DNA of 64,000 nt from Raillietiella orientalis (GCA_036172245.1 JAYWIR010000019.1:1612001-1676000), one strand, 5' to 3'; counted from the stretch's first letter, positions 37,921 through 48,335 are shown. Program-made: numbers and translations. Notes: generated by a model from the letters alone, not told the origin.

Positions 37921-40900
37921 TTATTGACCGATCTTTCTCCTCTTCCCGGGAGTTTCCAGCCCACTGTCGAACTCTGAAATCACTGGTTTCGTACTCGGAA
38001 CTCTTCTTGGCTTGGCAGAACCGCCTGCCCTGGCCCTGGAATCACGAAAGGGTTACCGGGAGTCCCGGGAGCAGTCGGCTTACTTCGGCTTGAATGCCTG
38101 GCCGTCGCTCTTATCCTGTCCTATGTCCTTCGGAGACATCCTCAGCGCAAAACTCTTTGCGTAATGCCCGAGGTGCAGGGCCCGGAAGTTGAAGATGTGC
38201 GCAGTGCTTCGGGGATGACTCGCGTAGAAGCGAACAAAGGAACGGAAAGCTGCGCCGCTCCCACCCACGCCCCAACCCTACGAACCTCCCTTTCCCAGTT
38301 CGTGCAAATCCTCAGCATCTTGCACGGCTAACTCGAGGGAACGCTGCAGGAACCACGCCTTTTCCTGATTTGTTTTCCCCTCCTGGAACGTTCGACACAG
38401 TTAACGGAATACCAACATCCGATCATGTACCAAACAAGAGTATGAAGCAAAATGTGTCAGCAAGCTATCGACAGACATAGCGAAGATACTAGAAAAGAAA
38501 CAAAAAAAAAAAAAAAAAACAAAGAATACACAGCGACGTCCACAGAAATGCACCAGTTTTACCGTATGTGTACATCCTGGAGGACCTGCGTATAAGCCAC
38601 TTCGTGGGGATCGAGAAACAGAAGGGCCTTTCCCTGCTCCCCGATCCTTGCAGTCCGCCCAACTCGATGCACGTAGTCGTGGAGATTGCTGCTGGCATTG
38701 AACTGGACAATCCAGCTAACTTTAGGCAAATGCAGCCCACGTGCGGCAACATCCTGCAAAAAAGGAAAAAACAAAAAAACCAGATGTGATCTGCGTGTGC
38801 ACAAAAACTGCGCGGAAATCTTTGAGCTGGGAGATTAACATCAAGCAGCTGGCACATGGAAATTATTTTGTCAACAGCTTTCAAACTTTTCGTTCGATGA
38901 ATAATTAACGAGCACAAAACATGAAAAATCATTTGCAGCTTAGCACACAACATAAAAAGATGTCTGAACAAGAGTTTCAAGGAAGACGCAGATTCCTCTG
39001 GAAGAAAAAAAAAAACTCAACACAAGCTCATGCACCAGTTGAGTTCAAATAGAAATCACTTGACTAATATTACGGGATTAATTAAACTCCATGAAAACAG
39101 GAAAAGTACACGTGCAATGCAGGACAGCTGCAGATGTAGAGGAATGGAACGAAGTGCACCCTCTATTGCCACATACGTGTCTTTGAGGAACTTGGTAACA
39201 GTAAAATAACACAGATGAAAAAAAAAGGGGGGGGGGCATCAGACACCTCGTATTGCGATTAAACCACATATTTCATAACAATCACATGTTTTACATATGT
39301 ATATCTGTGACCATACATTTCATGTTTCACCGATGCGTCTAATGAAAAGGCAACTTGTCCGAAAGCAAGACTACATCAAACAGGGGAATGCAATACAAAC
39401 AGGCCGCTTCATGACCACCACCACAACACACACACACACACACATCTTCTCCCACACCCTGATACCAGAAGATTCCAATATTCTCCCAACTGACAGGTGC
39501 TAAATAAAACATCACTATTATGAGGAAGAAGAAGAAACTGCAAGGCACCAATAACTTTCAACTTCCCATATGGCCTTGAAAGTGAGCTTTAAGGATTACC
39601 CTTAAGATACTCCAGGTTGCTTCGATCATCAAACTCCCTTCCACATTTATTACCTTTCCATTCCAAATTAAGAACTGAAAGAACGGTACATCGATGGCTT
39701 ATTTGGAAAAAAAAAAAAAAAAAGATAGAAAAAGTAAATAAAATATAGAAAACATGTAGTTCTCTGGATTTTAGGTACAAACACATTGAAGCCTGCAACG
39801 AAAAGATGACAGACCTTTCCTTATTAGTCTGTTCATAAGAAACTGGGAGCAAGCATTCGATACTTTGCTTGGTACTTACTGTACACAAAAGGACACCTGC
39901 ACTCTGCTTTTGGAATTCTTGGAACACAGCAACACGATCCTAATATCAAATAATTCATGATTGAGTTTGGCTTTCAGCTTACAGCTGAAACTTACAGCTT
40001 GCAGCATACTGCCATGAAGTTTATACACTGACACCTGAGTTAGAGGAGTGATGACACGATCCAGCAATTCGGCATAAAAAGTCACCATTTCCTGCGTACC
40101 CATGAATACCAAAGTTTTTTGGGAACGCTGGAGCAGAAATGCAGCCAACAACACCAAGCGCAATTTGGGAGGCACTATCAGTACATTGTGCTCCAGCTTT
40201 GCAGGTACAGAAATATCGGTTAGATGGCAATCTGATGCATCGATGTGCACTGGATCTGTCAGAGACAAGCCAGCCAAATTTTTCACTTTGGGTGTCAATG
40301 TAGCTGACAGCAGAATGGTTTGCCTCTTATTATCACCCAGCACTTCAAGTATTCTGAAATGAGAATACAGAAAAAGGGAAACTCTTGGAATGCTTCTCTT
40401 CCAATTTCTTACCTGGCTATGTCTTTTTCATAGCCCATATCCAGCATCCGATCTGCTTCATCAAGCACCAAAAAACTGATGCGTGTCATGTCTAGAGAAG
40501 ATGTGTGATCGATGTGATCTAGTAGTCTTCCTGGAGTACAGACGAGTACGTTAATGCCCTTCCTAATTCGGGCCTTCTCTGACTTCCGTTTTTCTCCACC
40601 AGATAGCATTCCTGGCACAATCCATGTGTATGGCTAGAGACAACTCCTCTGTTTTCTTTCTCGACCGCAACGTACCTTCACAAGCTTCACGAACCATTCA
40701 AATGTCTGCAGCACCAATTCTCGGGTGGGTAAAATAATGAGTGCATGCACTCCATGAGAGCGGTGCAGTTTGGGGCGAATCATATGTAACTTCTCCACAA
40801 GAGGCACAGCAAAAGCAAGTGTTTTCCCTGATCCAGTTTGTGACTTGCCCAAAATATCTTCACCAGCAAGAAATGCTGGTATCACACGTTTCTGCACTTC

Positions 40901-41461
40901 AGTCATGGTGGTCAAATGCATATTTTGTTCCAAATTAGCAATCTAAGAAAAACTGAGCCACTTTGTTGTATTCATTGGCATACCATATGTGGGTGAAGGG
41001 GAAGACTTGAAAAACACTGGCTACTGAAAACATTCTCTCTGATTGGTTCAGTGTTTGCATGCACAACTACATCAGGTACATTTGGATCACTGGCAAAAAG
41101 AGATGAGATGTTCTTTGGGGTAGGAGGATCAAGCAAAACCCTTCTGGTCACCTTACATGGAAACTGACTAGATAACTTTGTCTGTTGTGATTTTTTCACT
41201 TCATATGATTGGGTGCTATGCTGTTTTAACCTCACAGAAGGCTTGGCATCCTTTTTACCTAAAACCATAAACTATTTTAATCTTCAATTTCAACTGTGAA
41301 ACAACATGCAAAGATGAATACAGATCACAGCTGTACCTACTTTGGAATCAACTGAAGCAAACAAAAATTTGAACAAGAAAAAATTCATCCTCGCAAGCAT
41401 GTTCCATACCTTTACTTGTGTTCCCACAGGTCACATTCAGTATCAATCCTTCTTTCAACAT
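37921..41461 (-). CDS. DDX31: DEAD-box RNA helicase DDX31 (Dbp7 orthologue), multi-exon
   Basis: Q motif ([18 protein letters not shown]), [42 protein letters not shown] (DDX31/Dbp7-type), [24 protein letters not shown]-terminal [13 protein letters not shown] and last exon ..VISEFDSGL..*. Stop at 37921-37923; probable start [10 protein letters not shown] at 41461. Confidence 0.94.
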
Positions 41462-41842
41462 TTTCACCAACCAAATTCTGTGCCAAAGTCAAGGTGCTGA
41501 TTAAGAATGGCCTATCCAAATGATTTTTTTCTGAACACTTTATCAAACTCTGAATGCAGATTCAATAAGATCACATTTTAAGTAGTACTTAAAAGCTGAA
41601 GACAGCCACTTGCACTGACACACACCAAGTCTACAATGCTTAAATCAGCAAACCTATAAATTAAAAGAAACTATTACTTATTAAATGCCAATGAAAACAT
41701 AAGCAGAAGCAATAAAAACTTTACTAATATTCTGTTTACATCGGATGCACCCACAGTTTTCAATCAATAATTTTGTTAAAAAAAAAAAATAACTAACAAA
41801 GTAAAAAACGCGCATTAATTGTAGCACTTGTTTTCCAGTATG

Positions 41843-42616
41843 TTAATTCGCCGTGATTTCTTCTTCAATTCTCGTTATAATATGGTCTAAATCTTCGGAT
41901 TTGAATATTATAATTTTTCGATATGGAATGAGATTTTCATCTCCATCAAACCAATTTCCAGTTAGTCCTGCGTCTTTTAAATTCCATTCACATGATCCAA
42001 TAGCAAATTCATCAAAAATTTCTTCCTCTGGATTGGACCAAATCACGTCTGATGATCTCTGATCCGAAGAATCCGTCTCTGCTTTATAAACTTTGCAAAT
42101 AATGATAAAATACGCAAAACTGAACTGATGTCCATTTGCATCTAAATCTTTTTGCAAACTTCTCAAGAGAGGAACTGATATTTGCAATGGTATGTTAACA
42201 AACCGTTCGTTAATGAGAAAACCCAATTTTCGATTTACATCATTTAATATGTCGGAAAGAACTCCCTTAAAAGAACCAGGACTCTTCTGGAGCAACAGGT
42301 CCACCAACTGTGATACACAGGTCAAATCTGAATTGTGTTGTAGGTGTACAACAGAGGAAACTGCAAAAACGCATTCATCACTCTCAGTAGGATCTTCATC
42401 CAACTGCTTTAAGACACAACCTATGCCTTTTTGATGTATCAAAGTTTTGGTAAGATCATTCAAATTGATTTCTGTTCCCAGAAACACTTGCATAAGGAGA
42501 TTTCGTACACCGTGGAAATATATTTCTCTCATCTCTACAGCTTCAAATTCCACTTCAATATTACTGCTGGAGTAAATTTCCTTATTTTTCTTCTTTTTTT
42601 TTATTGCAGGGGCCAT
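41843..42616 (-). CDS. BCCIP: BCCIP / Bcp1 homologue, single coding exon
   Basis: 257-aa ORF with IEVEFEA, FHGVRNLLMQVF, IGCVLKQ, VFAVSSVVHL, LGFLINERFVNIP.QISVPL, WSNPEEEIF and PYRKIIIF, which are characteristic BCCIP-family motifs. Confidence 0.93.
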   Translation of the reverse strand: MAPAIKKKKKNKEIYSSSNIEVEFEAVEMREIYFHGVRNLLMQVFLGTEINLNDLTKTLIHQKGIGCVLKQLDEDPTESDECVFAVSSVVHLQHNSDLTCVSQLVDLLLQKSPGSFKGVLSDILNDVNRKLGFLINERFVNIPLQISVPLLRSLQKDLDANGHQFSFAYFIIICKVYKAETDSSDQRSSDVIWSNPEEEIFDEFAIGSCEWNLKDAGLTGNWFDGDENLIPYRKIIIFKSEDLDHIITRIEEEITAN

Positions 42617-43727
42617 TACGTTGATGTATTAGTTACGGGACTCTTGATTTGAAATGTATCCTTAATCAGAAGTCAAAAAAAAAAAAGTATATTAACACTC
42701 CAAACAAGAAAACGGGTTAATAACCATCATTCGTGATTTAGTGGCCACTCAACTGAGAGCATTTTCAAGGTAAACGGGGAAAAGCAAAATTATTCGAGTT
42801 TTCTTGAGGTGTTATTTTCACTCAAGAAAGCAACAAATCAAGAAAAACCAAAGGGCAGGGCAGTCTTTTCTACGCAACGTTTGTCCGTGTAAGGAGATTT
42901 TTCACGATTTTTGATGCCGCTGCATCTGCCACTCCACTTCTGAAAACCCACGTACTGAGAAAACAACATGAGCACGTGACGGATCAACAAATTCACGGTG
43001 CTCCCCGAAAAGCAGGGTTGCAAAGTGCGTCGTTCTCCAGTGGATATTCAAAGTACCTGAAGATGGAAGAGTGTTTCATTGTAGGAACTCAAGATACTGA
43101 AAGACCTTCGGTAATCTCTGCATATGCATGGGCTCGCATGACTATTCATCAAACGGTTTTCAAAAGAAACCAGTGACGAAAATTTTCTGTTAAAATTTTC
43201 CGTACACCTTGTACGAAAAACATCCTTTCCAAAATAGCATAGTGCAAAATATATAATATATATATATGTGGACAAGTATTCTTGATGCATTTTAAAATCA
43301 GTAAAACTGAATGATGCTGAATGTAGAGGAGAATATTTAAGACAAAAGGGATTCTTTCAGGAATTAATATGCAAATGCACTCTTAGATGCATAATGATTT
43401 CAAGTAAAAGAACTTTACGCAAAAATTCCCTTCACTTGCCATTTGAAAGATTTCTCGATGCTGGAATTTACCGTGTTTTTATGCTAGAAAAAACAAAATA
43501 GCAAAAGTAATACTTGGAAAAAGAATTGTTTCTTTCGTACAAAAACGTAAGCCTCAACAAAAAGGCTGATAAATAGGTGAATTTCCTGAAGCAAGATTCA
43601 TGCACATCGAAACATATCCAACATACAAAATTACAGGTTACTTTACATTAGTTTTTTGAAGTCTTTCGTTTGTTATAATTTTTTCCTTTGTTTCCTTCTC
43701 TCTCTCCCTCCCTCTCTCTGTCTTTCT

Positions 43728-45589
43728 TTCTTCTTTTTAGATCATTTGTGTGCATTTTCTCAGATATGAGGGCCAAAGAAGTCGCACTGAATGCAAGTTT
43801 GCATAACTACTAGGAAAATGTCAAAGTATCCTAATGTCAAGTAGGTATTTGCGAAGGAGCATATGTCAGAGCTACTTGCATCTTTTTATCATAGGCAATG
43901 AGACTGTACTGAGGATAATGGAATTATTGTTATAATTTTTTTAAGCGTAGCTCCTATCGAAAAAAGGGAAAAAAATGGCAAAAAAAGCCTCGTGCATGTT
44001 CTCTTCATTATTTAGTTGCACATGATATTTGTAATGTCGATTATGGAGTTTGTCTTCTACAGGGTTTCGCTGATTATTTTCTTCATCCCGACTTCAAGTG
44101 TTTTTTCAGGATGCGACTCGCGATTAGCAAATCCACGATTCATCAGAGGTACTTATCACGCAAATTCAGCAGCATCTTACCGCCGACGGCGCACCAGGCA
44201 AGGTTTGTCGAGAGGTCATCATTTTTCCTCATTCAATTCGAAATGAATCGCAGTGTTTATGCCCTCTCTCGTGCTCACTAAACACCGAAGCTGACTGACT
44301 GAAGGAGTCTTTATTCACCTCTTGTTTGAAAACCTATCCTTCAGTGATATGAACTCCAGCCTTGAGTGTTCATTTATCTATTTATTTTGAAGATAAATTT
44401 TCCTTCCCACTCGCTTCTTCACTGTGCCACTACGTCAGATTTGGCTTTCGAACCACGCAACATCTATGCGGATCTTGACGTCCTAACCATCTAGAAAAAA
44501 AGAGACAAAGAAAGAAACCGAACCCCCCCCCCCTGCAGTACCTCTTTTCACGAAAAAACTGAACCCTGAAAGTGAACCCATCAAACAGAATGTTCGTGGA
44601 TACAAAGCAAAATAAATTTCACCTCGCTGGTGCAAAGAGAAGGCTACGCCCGCGACACGCAGGTTGGGCAACTCTTGAGCAACCATCCATCCTCCACAAT
44701 ATCTCTCCTTTGCCTTTCCTTTGCGAGCTGTTTCACTCGTCAGGAAACATTTGGGCGGCACCTCGCCTACAGGGCAGTGGTCACTCTGTTCGGGTGCTAT
44801 CATTTTCAAAGGAATGCATTTGAAAACGTCATCAGTAAATGCATCTTCAAGTTGACCGTAATGGATTTAAAGATAAATGACGCTGCACATAAGCGAAAAT
44901 CTGCAGATCCGTTGCGAAAAGCGATGAAATGTATACATGAAAAAATTAAAATGTATACCAAGGTATTATTAAATGTTAAACAGATACAGGGCTGCATGCC
45001 TTATCTTGAAGAGAACTCTCCGTCTCTCTTAGGGGGCATTTGAATTTGCTTTTATGGACGCAGAAGACGACGAATCGCACTTCACTCTGATAGTTTGCGA
45101 CGAGGGAATTCTTGATTTTTGCCGGTTGAGCTCTTGAAGAAGAATTTCGGCATCACCGTGATAAGTACCTCTGATGAATCGTGGATTTGCTAATCGCGAG
45201 TCGCATCCTGAAAAAACACTTGAAGTCGGGATGAAGAAAATAATCAGCGAAACCCTGTAGAAGACAAACTCCATAATCGACATTACAAATATCATGTGCA
45301 ACTAAATAATGAAGAGAACATGCACGAGGCTTTTTTTGCCATTTTTTTCCCTTTTTTCGATAGGAGCTACGCTTAAAAAAATTATAACAATAATTCCATT
45401 ATCCTCAGTACAGTCTCATTGCCTATGATAAAAAGATGCAAGTAGCTCTGACATATGCTCCTTCGCAAATACCTACTTGACATTAGGATACTTTGACATT
45501 TTCCTAGTAGTTATGCAAACTTGCATTCAGTGCGACTTCTTTGGCCCTCATATCTGAGAAAATGCACACAAATGATCTAAAAAGAAGAA
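43728..45589. repeat. Long inverted repeat: arms 43728-44160 and 45157-45589 (433 bp each) around a 996-bp spacer
   Basis: The left arm TTCTTCTTTTTAGATCATTTG...GGTACTTATCACG is the reverse complement of the right arm CGTGATAAGTACC...CAAATGATCTAAAAAGAAGAA, with no mismatch seen by eye. The ORF track shows identical N-termini at 44016(+) and 45301(-). Confidence 0.95.
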
Positions 45590-46758
45590 CCACACACCCA
45601 GCATCTGCTCAAATGCCGACCTTTTTGTTGTGTCTTCCCTTCGATCCTGCCCTGAACTGCCTGGGAAGAGGGAGTCAGCGATCTGCAAACGCTTCGGCCA
45701 TACCCAGAACGATTTATTTATCGGGAGTTTTTTGGCCAGGAAGTCTGGGATCGCTTTTTGTTTGTTTCTTTGAGCTGCGCCTGCTTTTCGTCTAAACAGG
45801 GGAGAACCTCTTTCAGAGGGACGTCTAGTGTTTTCAGGATAGCTGTCTCTTTGTTTCTCCCTTTTCGATCATCACTTGATCGGGATGATTCAGATTTTCT
45901 TTTCCTCTCTTCCCCCTTCCCCCATCCTCCCCCCTCATCCTCTTTTTCGGAAGGACGCCACGTCCCGAATTTTTTTTCATGCTGACACGGTGGTGGTGTC
46001 TCTGAAAAGACATCTCTGCTCCCACACACGAACCATATCGAGCTCAGCAGCAAAGTACCACGAATTGTTCAGCCAGTAGGTCGTGCTGCGCCTATTCGGA
46101 GACGAGAAAGAAAGAAAAAAAAAAGGGGGGGGGGGAGGTCATTCGCCACGGGTATTTATTTATCATTTCTCGATTCGATGCGGGTCGGTTCCCGTATTTC
46201 AACGTGGATTCCCAGCGAGTGCGCTCGCTCGCCGCGCGAGGAGGAGCTCCCTCCTGTTTCGTCCGTTTTTTTTTTTTTTTGAAAAGGGACGTTTTCGTGG
46301 AAAGGACCTTTCTGTCCCTTTCTATTTCGTGAGGGGTAGGGGGAAGGAAATTCCGTGGAAACGACTGTCTGCCGACTCCACTGGCCGCTGACCCCCCTTT
46401 GCTTCCTGCACGCCGCTGCGCGAGACGTCCGCACAGCCCAGCGCGCGCGAAGCGCACGACGACCTCCGCTCACCCGGAGGCGGAAGACAAGTTGAAAACT
46501 TTCGAGCAAATCACTTGCGAACGCGCTTCTGGAAGATTGGGAGGCTGAGGAGGGGAAGCGGGTTTCCTTTCTTTTCTGTTCTTTTTTCCGAGTGGATCCT
46601 TCGTCCGAATCGGACGGACGAAGGATGTCTTGAAGAGGAGGACGCAACCACCTAATGAGAGTGTTCAGCTAAGAGCAGGGAGAGCACTGGCGGTGGGTGG
46701 CAGCGACGTAGCGTCGGGATCAATCCATCCATCGACCTCTGTCATCGTGACCAGGTAA

Positions 46759-46798
46759 AACATAATGGTACCCTCATAATCGAGGGTACCATTATGTT
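46759..46798. repeat. Perfect 17-bp hairpin
   Basis: AACATAATGGTACCCTC-ATAATC-GAGGGTACCATTATGTT. Confidence 0.9.
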
Positions 46799-47423
46799 CT
46801 TACGCCTCCAACAGTGCTTGGTGTAAACAGACGACGTTTCGATACAGCACCTAAAAAGTCTGGGGTAAGACTCCCTCTGTTTCGTTGGTCCATCCTGCTG
46901 AGAAACAAATCAGGGAGCTCTGCGACTGCTTTTTGTGCCTCTTTTCGGGGCGATTGGCAACCCGGAAGCTTTCGGCTTGCTCATCCTGCAACGGCACCCC
47001 CCTAGGCTGTTGACAGACTGTCCGATTGTTGCGTCCGGCAGACTGAACCATACGCTGCCGCTCCCCGAGCACTCCTTCAGCCACCCTTTCTCAGAGGCGA
47101 GTTCAGAAGCTCAGGAGACTCGGAACGGACGCTCCTTATGAGCGCATCCTTCATCGTCGAAAGAAGGATCGGCTAACCATCGTCTGTCGATCATCTGGCC
47201 CGCATTAGCATGACGCCATGACTCTCTCCTTTCGATGATCCAGACACGTTCTCGGACCCCCCTCCCCCCAGCGTTGTTTTCCTTCTAGCCTTTTTTTTCT
47301 TCTCGTTCGCCAAGTGCTGAAGAACCATTCGCCTCCTTAGGGGCGAAGGGAACGAACAAAACTCTTTGATACTGTCCACGCCACCTCCCCCCTTTTCCCC
47401 GAGGAGTGGCGTGGACAGGGTTC

Positions 47424-47612
47424 ATCTCTTGTCACTCCTGTGTGCTATCAATTGAAATAGATGTGTTCTTATCAGCTTAATATCTGATACATCCCCCATC
47501 TGGTGGCCAGTATATCAAACTACTTTTTCGATGTGGAGGGGATGCTTGGAGCTTGCTCCTCTTCTGTTCGCGGGTTGACCCAGTATTGCAGTACCTCCGG
47601 ATCGGCCCACCT
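47424..47612 (+). ncRNA. U2: U2 snRNA-like gene (divergent variant or pseudogene)
   Basis: Contains TGTTCTTATCAGCTTAATATCTGATAC (stem IIa), GGAGCTTGCTCC (stem III) and GGGTTGACCCAG-TATTGCAGTA-CCTCCGGATCGGCCC (stem-loop IV with the U2B''-binding loop). The start ATCTCTTGTC resembles canonical ATCGCTTCTC and lies 40 nt before TGTTC, as in human U2. The 5' domain and the Sm site are divergent. Confidence 0.9.
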
Positions 47613-47879
47613 ACCCCCCATTACAGGAGGATCGAAAAACAAATGCAAAAGGAGATCCATGTTCCTCGTTCTCTCGGGAGGGAGCTGTTTCTGTCCGCTT
47701 TGTGGGCAAAGAATAATCTCTCCAAGCCTCGCGTCCACTTCCAAGCTAGTAGTTCCATGTACCGGCCGCGAGATGGGTGTCGCATGAGATAGGAAACTGG
47801 TAGGAAAGGATTGTTTTTGATTTCGCGATTCCACTTCGTGGCATAGCAACCTACCGACTAGTCGGATGGCTCCCCCGTG

Positions 47880-48335
47880 TGCGCGCAACTCTTCTTCAAT
47901 TTGTAGGGGGCACCCCGGGAGGGGACCACCCTATGAATTCATGAAGGTTCCAGTGGAAAGAGTCCGTTTTCTTTTCTCCCTTGAGAGTTTCCTTCGAAAC
48001 CCAGAAAGGATCGTCGTTTCCTCCTCTGAAGAGAGCCCCGAAAGGACTCTTCCCGATTTCTCTGAAGGGAGTTCTGACACTCTGGAGAGACGACCCCCCG
48101 AAAGAGGTATCAGCTGTCAGCTCCATGGCACGGCTCCATATTTTCACCACAGGGGGGTAACCCTGAGGGGAACCGACTCTCCTTGATGTCCTGTAAGGAT
48201 CCCAGAGGGACGTCTGACTCCCGATCCCTGTCATTCAACGGGGGCATCCGGCTTCCACCGTATCCGAAGCCAACCAAGACCAACCAGCATCATCTTGCTG
48301 GGGGGGGGGGGGAATCGAAACCCACGACAACTGTC
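47880..48335 (-). mobile_element. Dispersed repeat, tRNA-derived SINE-like family (copy lacking the tRNA head)
   Basis: Shares GGACCACCCT.TGAAT, CTCTGAAGAGA.CCCCGAA.GGACTCTT, TCAGCTCCATGG, ACTCCC.ATCCC and CAACCAGC.TCATCT..GAA.CCCACGA with the copies at ~60970 and ~62340. Confidence 0.7.
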
